Origin: an uncultured Fidelibacterota bacterium
GTDB lineage: Bacteria; Fidelibacterota; Marinisomatia; Marinisomatales; TCS55
Assembly (NCBI GenBank): GCA_902542445.1
Contig: CACBUT010000001.1
Location: forward strand, 18,296-82,295
Direction: 5' to 3'
Length of the DNA: 64,000 nt
Part shown: positions 28,823 to 38,589 of the stretch, one piece after another
Numbering within the stretch: position 1 is the stretch's first letter
Layout of the letters: every line of letters begins with the position of its first letter
Program-made: the position numbers and the translations under genes
Notes under the pieces: model-generated
Seen by the model: the letters and a program-made list of their open reading frames with translations, nothing else
The model's database searches: none
What the model was told of the DNA's origin: nothing

Positions 28823-29962
28823 CTATTTATTTGTCATGAGTTTATTCAAAATTAATTCTATTTCATTTTCATAGAACGAAATTGGATTTTGATCTAGAGC
28901 AGGCTTTAAGTCCATAGTGTCTTTGATAAAAAATTCTATTTTGTCATTTGTTAACCCAAACTTTGTAAGGTCTTGGGGAACATCAATATCGTGCCATAAT
29001 TTAAACATAGATTCTACAAGATTAAAAGAGGACTCTTTTTTATTCTTATGAGCTGAATTCATTAGATGCGCATATTCAAAAAAGCCATTTGAGATATTAT
29101 ATTCGATTACATGTGGCAAAAAAATACCACCACCAATGCCATGCGGCACTCCATAATGAACTCCTAAAGGATATGACATTGCAGCTGCTGGGCCTGTTCC
29201 AGAATTCATCAATGCAATACCTGATAGAAAAGCTCCGTACATTATCTTGCCTCTCAATTCAATATTTTCTAAATCATTGGTCAGATCATATAGATTATCA
29301 AAAACAATATTAAATCCTTCGATCGCAAAAAATTTTGCCATTGGGTTAGTTTTTTTAGCTGCAAATGCTTCAGATGAATGAACCAAGCTATCTACAGCTG
29401 CAGAAATTGTTGGCTTTAAAGGGCATGACAAGGTTAACTCAGGATCTAAAATTGCATATGCTGGCCTGATTAACTCACCATTAATTCCCATTTTCTTTTT
29501 TTCATTACTATCAATAAATGAAGCATTTGGTGTTATTTCGCTCCCAGTACCGGCAGTTGTAGGCATAGCTATTATTGGCTTAATTGGTCCATCAAATAAA
29601 TTAAAACCTCTATAAGATAAAGCTGGTTTTTCATTTGAATAAAGAACTGATAATGCTTTAGCCATATCTAAAGCGCTACCACCACCAATACCAATGAAGG
29701 CGTCTATTATTTGATCACTATGACTGATTCGTTTTTCTTCCAATTTATCATATGTAGGCTCAGATATATCGCATTTTACAATAATTTTATGAATAGAAAT
29801 CGTATTCAAAAATTCTTCTATAATTCTAAGATTGATTAATCCCTGGTCAATTATAAAACATACATTCTTATAATTATTATCAGAAATAATATTTTTTAAT
29901 TGTTTTCTAGATCCATTTCCAAAAAAAATATTACCTTTAAAAATAAATTGAAATTCTTTCAT
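28823..29962 (-). CDS. Iron-containing (group III) alcohol dehydrogenase family protein
   Basis: GIGGGSALDMAKA, PTTAGTGSE, and His-rich metal site (VDSLVHSSE, HG.GGG). Confidence 0.83.
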   Translation of the reverse strand: MKEFQFIFKGNIFFGNGSRKQLKNIISDNNYKNVCFIIDQGLINLRIIEEFLNTISIHKIIVKCDISEPTYDKLEEKRISHSDQIIDAFIGIGGGSALDMAKALSVLYSNEKPALSYRGFNLFDGPIKPIIAMPTTAGTGSEITPNASFIDSNEKKKMGINGELIRPAYAILDPELTLSCPLKPTISAAVDSLVHSSEAFAAKKTNPMAKFFAIEGFNIVFDNLYDLTNDLENIELRGKIMYGAFLSGIALMNSGTGPAAAMSYPLGVHYGVPHGIGGGIFLPHVIEYNISNGFFEYAHLMNSAHKNKKESSFNLVESMFKLWHDIDVPQDLTKFGLTNDKIEFFIKDTMDLKPALDQNPISFYENEIELILNKLMTNK

Positions 29963-29967
29963 ATTAG

Positions 29968-31686
29968 TTACTTCTCAGCTTTGACCATTTGCTTAAAATC
30001 ATCCACTTTATCCACGAGTTGATTAAAAGTGCCATATTCCTTTATTTTTCCATCATCAAGATAGAAAATTACATCGCACTTTTTAACTGTTGATAAACGA
30101 TGTGCTATCATTATCAATGTAAGATTATTTTTCTCAGAAATCTTAATCAAATTTTTAGTAATTTTATTTTCTGTTGAATTGTCAAGTGATGAAGTAGCTT
30201 CATCCATAATTAAAATTTTTCTATTATTGTACAAACTTCTTGCAATAGCAATTCTTTGCCTTTGACCTCCAGAAATCTTTAGTCCATTTTCGCCTACATT
30301 TGTCTTTAATCCATCTTTAAGGTTTTTTATAAAATCAGTTAAGTGGCACCAGCTTATTACATCACTTAACTTTTTGCGGTCAATGCTATCTGATCCAAAA
30401 ACAATATTATTTTCAATGGTATCATCCATCATTACAATATTTTGAGGAATATACGCAACAAGTGATTGCCATGAACCTATATTGCTATGAATATTTAAAC
30501 CATCAGATAATATTGCCCCTTCAGTTGGTCTTAAAAGGCCAGTTATTAAGTTTATAAGAGTCGTTTTTCCTCCGCCTGTTTTTCCTACAAATGCTACCTT
30601 TGAGCCTTTAATTAATTCTAAATTCATTTTAAAAACTATATTTTTATCATTATCAGGATAATTAAAACAAATATCTTTTAGAATTAAGCTCTTCTCAAAA
30701 GATATTTCCTTTTTATCTTTTGAATTTTGCTCTATTTTATTGATATTGATTAACTTATTTGTGATTGTAAAATCAGTATAAATATTTTCTAAAGAAGCAG
30801 CGTTAAATTTTATTTTTGTAATAGCTGTTGTAATCAAATTTATAAATGCCCTTATTCGAACCATTGAAACCAAATATAATGATAATGTTGGTACCAATAA
30901 GGCGATTTCAGTTCCCGAATAGAACAAAATTAGGCTCAAAGCAACCATTGATGTAATAGATATAAATTCCATTCCGGGAGATATTAAGCCTGAAATAAAT
31001 CTAGAATATCTGGCAGCATTAGATTGCAGTAAGATACTCTGAGCAATTTTTTGTTTAAAAAAATTTTCTTTTTGCATTAATTTTATTTCAATAATAGAGT
31101 TTATTGCTTGTGAAATGATCTGAATGGAATTTTTTTCTTCTTTCAAAGATAAACTTCCATATTCCGTTATTTTTGAATTTGTAATCCTTATAAATAATAA
31201 ACTAACCAAACCTAAAAAAAAGAATACTGCCAAAGTTAATATAACATCTACAAATAATAGTAAGCCCACTACAGATAATAATAATAGAGAGTTCATCACT
31301 ACTATTAATAAAGGGTTTAATACACTTACGATTAAGACGGGAATACTTTTTTTTAAGTTTCTTATTTGTTCAGCGCTATTCTTTGAAAGATGATAGAGAA
31401 ATGGTGCTTTCAAATATGACAAAAATAAATCTTTTGTTAATCTAATATGGAATCTCTGTAGCATTTTCTGTTGTAAAAATAACAGAAAGACTTGAAAAAG
31501 GTTTTTAACGAGAAAAATAAGAATTATTGCTATCAAACCATAAAAGAAATAATCATTACTACTGAAATTAAATTCTTTTAAAAAAAAAATATCTTGCTCA
31601 ACAAAAAAATTATTATTGCCAACAATTCCAATAAAAAGAGGTATAAATCCCACGCTTAGCAATTCGATAATGGCATTAACCATCAT
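29968..31686 (-). CDS. ABC exporter, fused TMD-NBD (PglK/MsbA-like lipid-linked glycan flippase candidate)
   Basis: Walker A GKTGGGKTT, signature LSGGQRQR, Walker B ILIMDEATS. The reading frame stays open upstream to 31791 and encodes an INKKQLNQLYSLFQKSERKNILILFF N-terminus typical of this family. The true start may therefore be ATT at 31767. Confidence 0.9.
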   Translation of the reverse strand: MMVNAIIELLSVGFIPLFIGIVGNNNFFVEQDIFFLKEFNFSSNDYFFYGLIAIILIFLVKNLFQVFLLFLQQKMLQRFHIRLTKDLFLSYLKAPFLYHLSKNSAEQIRNLKKSIPVLIVSVLNPLLIVVMNSLLLLSVVGLLLFVDVILTLAVFFFLGLVSLLFIRITNSKITEYGSLSLKEEKNSIQIISQAINSIIEIKLMQKENFFKQKIAQSILLQSNAARYSRFISGLISPGMEFISITSMVALSLILFYSGTEIALLVPTLSLYLVSMVRIRAFINLITTAITKIKFNAASLENIYTDFTITNKLININKIEQNSKDKKEISFEKSLILKDICFNYPDNDKNIVFKMNLELIKGSKVAFVGKTGGGKTTLINLITGLLRPTEGAILSDGLNIHSNIGSWQSLVAYIPQNIVMMDDTIENNIVFGSDSIDRKKLSDVISWCHLTDFIKNLKDGLKTNVGENGLKISGGQRQRIAIARSLYNNRKILIMDEATSSLDNSTENKITKNLIKISEKNNLTLIMIAHRLSTVKKCDVIFYLDDGKIKEYGTFNQLVDKVDDFKQMVKAEK

Positions 31687-31783
31687 AAGAAAAAATAAAA
31701 TTAGAATATTTTTTCTCTCACTTTTTTGAAAAAGAGAGTATAGCTGATTTAGTTGTTTTTTATTAATAGTTAATCTTAGTGTA

Positions 31784-32305
31784 TTAAAAATCTATTAATG
31801 AAAAAACATTGTTAGGATGCAACTTTTTGGAACCATTTAGGCCTTTCAATTCAATCAAGAAAGCATAGGATTGAATTTTACCTCCAAGCTCACTTACTAA
31901 TTCACCTACTGCTTTAGCTGTACCGCCAGTAGCCAGCAAATCATCAACTATTAATACTTTGTCATTTTCATTAATAGAATCAGCATGCATTTCAATAGAA
32001 TCCATTCCATACTCAAGCTTATAGCTTTTAGATATTTTTTTTGCTGGAAGCTTATTGGGCTTCCTTGCCAATACAAATCCTTTTTTAAGCCTTAACGCGA
32101 GCGGAGCCCCAAATATAAACCCTCTGCTTTCAATTCCAACTACAGTATCTATTTCTTTATTAACAAATTTATCATAAAAGAAATCAATAGAATATTTAAA
32201 TGCATCATAATTTTCAAGGACAGTGGTTATATCTTTATACTGAATGCCTTTTTTTGGAAAGTCAGGAATATTTCTGATTTTTTTCTTTAATTCTTGAATA
32301 TTCAT
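31784..32305 (-). CDS. apt: Adenine phosphoribosyltransferase
   Basis: IPDFPKKGIQYKDIT and the PRPP motif VLIVDDLLATGGTA. Confidence 0.92.
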   Translation of the reverse strand: MNIQELKKKIRNIPDFPKKGIQYKDITTVLENYDAFKYSIDFFYDKFVNKEIDTVVGIESRGFIFGAPLALRLKKGFVLARKPNKLPAKKISKSYKLEYGMDSIEMHADSINENDKVLIVDDLLATGGTAKAVGELVSELGGKIQSYAFLIELKGLNGSKKLHPNNVFSLIDF

Positions 32306-32309
32306 TAAA

Positions 32310-33068
32310 TTAAAAATTGTCTTTAAAATTAGAAATTGTAAAACTTAATAGTTTTTTAATGTTTTCAACATTTTTTTTCATAACTGTATATATCAAATCC
32401 ATACTTACTTCTTCTTCACCCTCTCTCCAGCAATCATAATCAGTGCTCATAGCAATTGGTTGGTATTCCATTTTTAATTCTCTAGCCAATGGTCCTTCTG
32501 GGACTGAAGACATATTAATAATGTCAGCACCCCACATTCTGAATAGATTGCTTTCAGCTTTTGTGCTAAATCTAGGCCCTTCAATGGTAACTAAAGTTCC
32601 ACTTTTATGAAATTTAAATCCTAAGTTTTTTGAACCTAAAATAAGATTTTCTCTTATGGTTTTACTAAATGGCTCGCCCATTGGTGTATGGACAACCTCA
32701 TTTTTATCAAAAAAAGTGGAATCACGCTTTAATGTTCTATCTATAAACTGATCAGGAAAAACGAAATGTCCTGGTTCAATTTTTTCTCTTAATGAGCCAC
32801 AAGCAGTAGCTGCTATGATATGAGTACAGCCTTCATTTTTTAACGACCAAATGTTAGCTTTATAATTGACATTTGTAGGATTTATCGAGTGATTTTTACC
32901 ATGTCTTGAAATAAAAACAATTTGATTTTCAAAGGTATTGCTTAAGATAAGATCTGAACTTGGGGGGCCATAAGGAGTTTCAATCTTTTTGATTTTTCCC
33001 CCCTCGAAAAAACTCCCATCTTCCAAGCCTGAACCTCCAATAATTCCAAATTTTAAGTTATTATCCAT
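32310..33068 (-). CDS. mtnP: S-methyl-5'-thioadenosine phosphorylase
   Basis: FGIIGGSGL, ISRHG..H.I.P..VNY.ANIW, TIEGPRFST, MSSVPE. Confidence 0.87.
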   Translation of the reverse strand: MDNNLKFGIIGGSGLEDGSFFEGGKIKKIETPYGPPSSDLILSNTFENQIVFISRHGKNHSINPTNVNYKANIWSLKNEGCTHIIAATACGSLREKIEPGHFVFPDQFIDRTLKRDSTFFDKNEVVHTPMGEPFSKTIRENLILGSKNLGFKFHKSGTLVTIEGPRFSTKAESNLFRMWGADIINMSSVPEGPLARELKMEYQPIAMSTDYDCWREGEEEVSMDLIYTVMKKNVENIKKLLSFTISNFKDNF

Positions 33069-34113
33069 TTCTTTGCTTTTCTAAAGCATTCTGATAAGGG
33101 TATTTGGCAATGCCTTTGTCTGTAATTATACCTGTAATCAGCTTAGCAGGTGTAACATCGAAAGCTGGAGTAATCACGGGGAAATCCTCATCAGTAAAAT
33201 TTACTCCTTTAATGTTAATAACCTCATCTTTTGAACGATTTTCAACTGGAATTTCTGAACCATCACTAATTCCATAATCAACTGTTGATAGTGGAGCGGC
33301 TACATAAAAAGGAATGTTATGATATTTAGCAAGAACCGCTAGGCTATAGGTGCCTATTTTATTAGCTGTGTCACCATTAGAAGCAATTCTATCTGCTCCA
33401 ACAAAAATTCCATCTATTTTTTTATTTTTCATTAATTGGGCTGCCATGCTATCAGTCATTAAAGCAAAAGGAGTTTTGGTTCTTTTTAATTCCCATGTAT
33501 TTAATCTGGCTCCTTGCAATAAAGGTCTGGTCTCGCAAACATAAACTTCTAATTTTTTATTCTGTGCATGCGCATATTGAATAACTCCAAGAGCTGTTCC
33601 TATTCCACTAGTTGCAAGACCTCCAGTATTACAAATTGTTATAACTTTTGAATTATTTGCAATTAGGTCAGCACCTGTCAAACAAAGCCTATGGCAACGT
33701 TTCAAATCATCGTTCATTATATAATCAGCTAATTCTTTGAGTTTATTTTTGAGAGAATCAACTTGCCCACTGTATTCAATCGAAAGGGATTTCATTTTAT
33801 CAACAGCCCATTGAAGATTGACAGCAGTGGGTCTAGTGCTTGCAATTTCATCAGCTTTTTCTAAAAAAAATTTTAGAAATTTATCTTTATCGTTAAACTC
33901 GATTTCATTGGCTGCTAAAACACACGCATATGCCCCTGCAACACCAATTGCCGGTGCTCCCCGAATTGACAGGTTGTAAATAGCTTTGCATACTATTCTA
34001 AAATCACCGGTTTCAATAAATACTTCTTCAAGTGGTAATTTTGTTTGATCAATTAATTTTACTTTTCCATTTGACCACTGAATAGTTGGTGTTTTTGATA
34101 TTAAAGTTTTCAT
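33061..34113 (-). CDS. mtnA: Methylthioribose-1-phosphate isomerase
   Basis: LIDQTKLP, IRGAPAIGVAGAY, RPTAVNL, CNTG.LAT, ETRP.LQGARL, VGADRIA.NGD.ANKIGTY. Confidence 0.9.
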   Translation of the reverse strand: MKTLISKTPTIQWSNGKVKLIDQTKLPLEEVFIETGDFRIVCKAIYNLSIRGAPAIGVAGAYACVLAANEIEFNDKDKFLKFFLEKADEIASTRPTAVNLQWAVDKMKSLSIEYSGQVDSLKNKLKELADYIMNDDLKRCHRLCLTGADLIANNSKVITICNTGGLATSGIGTALGVIQYAHAQNKKLEVYVCETRPLLQGARLNTWELKRTKTPFALMTDSMAAQLMKNKKIDGIFVGADRIASNGDTANKIGTYSLAVLAKYHNIPFYVAAPLSTVDYGISDGSEIPVENRSKDEVINIKGVNFTDEDFPVITPAFDVTPAKLITGIITDKGIAKYPYQNALEKQRNG

Positions 34114-36080
34114 ATCGTCCTATCGTTTCCACCATCTATGGGGAATTGAGCACCAGTAATTTTAATACTTTTTTTACTGATTAAAAATAAAACAAGATCT
34201 GCTACATCTTCAGACTTAACATCTGTTTTAAGCAAATTTCTTTTTTTGTAGTCGTCTACTGAAAGTTTGTATTGCATAGCTCGCTGTTTAAGTTTTTTTG
34301 GCGTCCATATTCCAGTATCATAGACACAGTCAGGATGGACAATATTTACCCTAATTTTATAACTAGAGAGCTCAATGGCAGCTAGTCTAGCAAGTTGAGT
34401 AAGTCCGGATTTTGCTATTGTATATGTACCTGCTCCAGGACCAGGCGCCCCCACATTTCTTGACCCCATAAAAACTACTGACGGATCTATGCCATTTCTT
34501 AAATATTTAATTGATTCTCTTAATAATCTATGATGACTAGATAAATTAATATTTAAATCATCATTCCATTTTTTATCATTAATTTGGTTAAGGTTTGCTG
34601 ATGTTGAAAAAATTCCAACATTGCTCACTAAAATATCAAGACCGCCAAAATGTTTGATACAATTATCAATAGATTCTTTTGCGGCTCTGGGTGAAGATAA
34701 GTCAGAAATAAACCCTCTAAAGTTGTTATGATTAAACAAATTTAAAACCTTCAGATTTTTATCGATTCCAAAAACAGCACAACCCTGATTAATTAACTTT
34801 TTAGCACAAGCTAACCCTATTCCACTAGCAGCGCCAGTTACAATGGCTATTTTGCCATTAAATTCATTCGTGGATTTATTTTTCTTTAATTTTGCCTGTT
34901 CAAGCTCCCAATACTCAACTTCAAACAAACTTCTAAAAGTTATTGGCTTCCACTTATCTAAATTTGATGAAATTTGAAATGACTTTATTGAATGATTATT
35001 AATATCAGATATAATCTGAGCTTCTTTCATTGAAGAGCCAAAAGAAATTGTACCATTATCAGGCCAAACAGCCCACTTTGGGCCAATGTTTAAAATTTTG
35101 TGATAATTTTGTTTATATTTATTGAAGTAACCGACATAAGATTTTTTGAATTTTAACAAAGACTTTTCAATGCTTTTTTCAATGAACCAAGGAAATGGCT
35201 TTGTCCTTATCACATGATCTGGGGTTAGTGTTCCCTTTGAAGCCAAATTTTTTGCATTTTTTAAACTTGAAAAAGCAACCGATAATTTAGAATTATTCAA
35301 AACTGCAAGTTTAGGTCCATTTGAAAGATCTGACACTTTTTTTCTAATAAATGATAATTGCTCTAAATCTAAAGCTTTGCTACTTTTTAAAGGTATGTTA
35401 AATGATTTTTTTTGTTTTAAGTAATTTTCTGCTTTATTAACTATCTCTATCATCCTATCGTAGCTTTCTTTTGCATCTTTACCAAAACTAAAGGCGCCAT
35501 GGTTCATCAAAATCATCCCTTTTAAAGAATTCCAGTTTATATTTTTAGAAATTTCTAATATTTTTTTTGCTAATAAAAAACCGGGCATAACATAAGGTAC
35601 AATCATTATCTCATGGTTATATATTTCTTTGATTTTTTTTAAACTATTTGGCGTATTTGTTATGCAGAGAATTGAATCTGCATGCGTATGGTCGACATAT
35701 TTGTAAGGGATCAACGCATGCAAAATTGCTTCAACAGATGGTGATGGAGAATTTGGTTTAAGTGTGGCTATTTTCTGCTGAATAACCATATCTGTATCAG
35801 ACAATTCGTCTAGTTGAGCCAAGCTCAACAAATATTTTAAATCTACTGGTGCAAAACCATCTTTTTCTATAGAAATTAAATCCCAGCCACTACCTTTAAC
35901 AAAAAGGGTTTCTATTTTATTTCCAAAAATATTTTTATATATACCTTTTACAGAAGTATTTCCTCCTCCATGAAGGACTAAATCGGGATTTCTTCCTAAA
36001 AGCCTAGATGAATATACTCGCTGATTTAAAAAATCAACTCCAAAAGACTTCGCCTCTTTATCATTCCATAGATTTTTCAT
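34110..36080 (-). CDS. Bifunctional class II aldolase/adducin-domain + short-chain dehydrogenase fusion (YuxG/RhaD-SDR type)
   Basis: N-terminal HGGGNTSVK, SVEAILHA, HTHAD (metal His). C-terminal SDR: VTGAASGIG, YTIAKSG (YxxxK). Confidence 0.85.
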   Translation of the reverse strand: MKNLWNDKEAKSFGVDFLNQRVYSSRLLGRNPDLVLHGGGNTSVKGIYKNIFGNKIETLFVKGSGWDLISIEKDGFAPVDLKYLLSLAQLDELSDTDMVIQQKIATLKPNSPSPSVEAILHALIPYKYVDHTHADSILCITNTPNSLKKIKEIYNHEIMIVPYVMPGFLLAKKILEISKNINWNSLKGMILMNHGAFSFGKDAKESYDRMIEIVNKAENYLKQKKSFNIPLKSSKALDLEQLSFIRKKVSDLSNGPKLAVLNNSKLSVAFSSLKNAKNLASKGTLTPDHVIRTKPFPWFIEKSIEKSLLKFKKSYVGYFNKYKQNYHKILNIGPKWAVWPDNGTISFGSSMKEAQIISDINNHSIKSFQISSNLDKWKPITFRSLFEVEYWELEQAKLKKNKSTNEFNGKIAIVTGAASGIGLACAKKLINQGCAVFGIDKNLKVLNLFNHNNFRGFISDLSSPRAAKESIDNCIKHFGGLDILVSNVGIFSTSANLNQINDKKWNDDLNINLSSHHRLLRESIKYLRNGIDPSVVFMGSRNVGAPGPGAGTYTIAKSGLTQLARLAAIELSSYKIRVNIVHPDCVYDTGIWTPKKLKQRAMQYKLSVDDYKKRNLLKTDVKSEDVADLVLFLISKKSIKITGAQFPIDGGNDRTI

Positions 36081-36086
36081 AATACT

Positions 36087-36716
36087 TTATTCAACAAATT
36101 TCTTTAAAATAGATTCCATATCATAAAATTTATCATTCATATATTCTAGATATTTACCTTTACTAACATTAATAAATTTTATGCCTGAAGATAAAGAAGA
36201 ATTGTAGTCATCAGTTGAGTCTCCAACAAATATAGTTTCATATTTTTTATATATATTTTTTTCTATTATTTCTTTAATGTGGTCAATTTTTGAGCTTGGA
36301 GACCCATAGACTTCTATAAATAAATATAAAATTTTTTTCTTTTTTAATATCTCAATCATTTCTCTTTGGGGGGTGGCAGTTGAAATATAAAAATTATAAT
36401 TAGTGTAATTTTCTTTTATAAAATCATAAACAACGTCAACGAAAGGTGCTTCAATAACTTTTTCAATTATTGTTTTTGAAAATTGTTTAGAAATTTTATT
36501 TAATTGATCGTTGCTTAAGGGACGGTTAAGATACTCTTTATGGTAAAATTTGAATTTTTGAAATCTATCCATTCCTTGATTGTTGACATGATGATTGACT
36601 ACCTGATTTATAATGTCAATTCCATATTCCTGAAAAATGCTAGCGAAGGCTTGAGTTTTTATATCATTTGTTTTTGAAATTGTACCATCATAATCGAAAA
36701 TAATATTTTTAATCAT
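36087..36716 (-). CDS. HAD-superfamily hydrolase (subfamily IA-like phosphatase)
   Basis: IIFDYDGTI (DxDxT) and C-terminal VGDSTDD. Confidence 0.8.
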   Translation of the reverse strand: MIKNIIFDYDGTISKTNDIKTQAFASIFQEYGIDIINQVVNHHVNNQGMDRFQKFKFYHKEYLNRPLSNDQLNKISKQFSKTIIEKVIEAPFVDVVYDFIKENYTNYNFYISTATPQREMIEILKKKKILYLFIEVYGSPSSKIDHIKEIIEKNIYKKYETIFVGDSTDDYNSSLSSGIKFINVSKGKYLEYMNDKFYDMESILKKFVE

Positions 36717-36762
36717 AATTAAAAGCTATTCTAATATTTTTCATATGAATATGTTTAAAAAC

Positions 36763-37689
36763 TTACTTATCTAGATTTAATTTTTTCTTAATCATATTTG
36801 GTGATTTTAGATATAACTCTTCATAAATATCATAAATTGTGTCCAATAACCCTTGGCCTAAATCATGATAGGTGGAGAGTAAGTATTTTTCTGCAACTTT
36901 TGGCCTGAAAGTGTAAGGGGTTAATTGATAATGGCCTTCATAATAAGAATTTTTTAAATAATTAATTTTAATATCATTCCCCATAATTTCATTTATCATA
37001 AATAACAAATCTTTAACTTTCATTGTCTGAGATCCTTTGATCATTAAATGAGCGTTTTTAAAATTCTGGTTTAAAATTTCTACACTAGCCTTCGCTGCGT
37101 CCTTAACATGTATATAGTCTCTTATCTCATCGCCATTGCCTTTTCTATTAATAGTTTTAGTTGTTAATGCATCAACAATAGCATTTCTTATAAAATTGAA
37201 ATTATTAGCTCTTTTGCCATAAAGTGAACCATACCTTAATATTGAATAGTTCAGATTGTATTCTTCACTGAAGTTTTCAATTATCAATTCGCAGGATTGT
37301 TTGCTGCTTCTATAGAATGATCCCAAATCACTGTAAACATAAATAGTGCTAGCGAAAATAAATCTATCTACTTTATTTTTTCTGCATGACTCTAAAATAT
37401 TTGTAGTTCCAAGAATATTGCTTTTTATAGTTTTGAGTGGATTAGTTTTTGATTCGTTTATGTCCGCTAAACCAGCAAAATTATAAACATATTTACTTCC
37501 TTTTACAGCTTCATTAACTTGTTCTATGTCAAGTATATTACCTTTAATAAAAGATTGTTGATCATTTAAATATTTAGATTGATGCTCATCGAAGATTAGA
37601 ACATTATAACCTTTATCAGTTAATGCATCTGATACATGACTTCCTAAAAATCCAGAACCACCAAAAACAACAACTTTATTATTCTTCAA
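36763..37689 (-). CDS. NAD-dependent epimerase/dehydratase (SDR)
   Basis: VVVFGGSGFLGSH, YRSSKQSCE (YxxxK). Confidence 0.84.
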   Translation of the reverse strand: MKNNKVVVFGGSGFLGSHVSDALTDKGYNVLIFDEHQSKYLNDQQSFIKGNILDIEQVNEAVKGSKYVYNFAGLADINESKTNPLKTIKSNILGTTNILESCRKNKVDRFIFASTIYVYSDLGSFYRSSKQSCELIIENFSEEYNLNYSILRYGSLYGKRANNFNFIRNAIVDALTTKTINRKGNGDEIRDYIHVKDAAKASVEILNQNFKNAHLMIKGSQTMKVKDLLFMINEIMGNDIKINYLKNSYYEGHYQLTPYTFRPKVAEKYLLSTYHDLGQGLLDTIYDIYEELYLKSPNMIKKKLNLDK

Positions 37690-38482
37690 TATCTAAACCT
37701 CTAAGAATATTTTTTACAGCTTCTATCTCCATTTCCAAGCGAGATTCCCTTGAATAACTTGCAATATGTGGTGTCATTATAATATTCTCACAATTCACGA
37801 GAGGGCCATCATATGGCTCATTTGTATAAACATCTACACCCGCTCCATTAATTATTTTATTATTTAAAGATCGTACCAAATCATTTTCATTAACTATTTC
37901 CCCTCTAGATACATTAATCAATATAGAGTTTTTTTTCATTTTCTTAAATTCATTATATGTAAAAAGATTCTTTGTTTTTTCATTTAAACTTAAATGAATA
38001 GATACTACATCCGATTCTCTTAATAAATAATCAAAACTTACAAATTCTGCATTTAAATTTTTTAAATATTTAACATCAGGGTTTAAATCATTTGCAAGGA
38101 GCCTAATTTCAAACCCCTTAAGCATTTTAGCTAATTTTTTTCCGATATTTCCCATGCCAACAATACCAACTGTTTTACCGCTTAACAAATTTCCGTAATC
38201 TTTTTCCCATACTCCTCTCTTTAATTTGTTATTAAGAAACGTAATTTTTTTTAGCAGATTAAAAATTAAACCAATTGTAAGCTCAGCAACAGACTCGGAT
38301 AAATATTTTGATGATCTGTAAATTTTAATTCCATTTTCATTGATATAGTCAATAGGCAGGTTATCTATACCTACGCCTAATCTAGAAATAACTTTAAGTT
38401 TTTTAAGTTTTTTTAATAAATCAATAGTATATAATTCTGTTCCAGCTATAACACCGCTACAACCACTTAAATTCTCTAACAT
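37679..38482 (-). CDS. D-isomer-specific 2-hydroxyacid dehydrogenase (phosphoglycerate dehydrogenase-like)
   Basis: GIVGMGNIGKKLA NAD motif, SRGEIV, TPHIAS. The conserved N-terminus (KKIYITTSSFGKLSKKPFDILKKKG...) continues in frame upstream of the first ATG up to 38608. The likely true start is ATT at 38606-38608, preceded by AAGGA. Confidence 0.82.
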   Translation of the reverse strand: MLENLSGCSGVIAGTELYTIDLLKKLKKLKVISRLGVGIDNLPIDYINENGIKIYRSSKYLSESVAELTIGLIFNLLKKITFLNNKLKRGVWEKDYGNLLSGKTVGIVGMGNIGKKLAKMLKGFEIRLLANDLNPDVKYLKNLNAEFVSFDYLLRESDVVSIHLSLNEKTKNLFTYNEFKKMKKNSILINVSRGEIVNENDLVRSLNNKIINGAGVDVYTNEPYDGPLVNCENIIMTPHIASYSRESRLEMEIEAVKNILRGLDIEE

Positions 38483-38589
38483 TTCATCGTGATTTAATTT
38501 TCTACCTTTCTTGTTAATATCGAAGCTAACTCCTTTTTTTTTTAAGATATCAAAAGGCTTTTTCGATAATTTCCCAAAAGAAGAAGTTG

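Noticed and set aside
19663-31686. A RiPP (ribosomal peptide) cluster reading: two SPASM radical SAM enzymes, methyltransferases, a FemAB-like aminoacyl transferase, a peptidase-like protein and an ABC exporter.
   Set aside because: There is no room for a precursor peptide gene, since the intergenic gaps here are 8-26 nt. The ABC exporter lacks a peptidase domain. The block is interleaved with NeuB, cytidylyltransferase, DegT and GT2 genes. A glycan-tailoring role fits better. A precursor encoded elsewhere cannot be excluded.
31711-31740. Imperfect palindrome TCTCTCACTTTTTTGAAAAAGAGAGT between apt and the ABC exporter, considered as an internal terminator.
   Set aside because: It lies inside the probable N-terminal coding extension of the ABC exporter. 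It has an A/T-only inner stem, and no U-tract follows it in the transcribed (minus) direction.
38534-38543. A 10-nt homopolymer (A10 on the coding strand) in the 5' part of the 2-hydroxyacid dehydrogenase, plus other A/T runs of 8-10 nt, considered as slipped-strand phase-variation switches.
   Set aside because: Such runs encode Lys/Phe stretches and occur throughout this very AT-rich window, in housekeeping genes too. Without population-level length variation there is no specific support.
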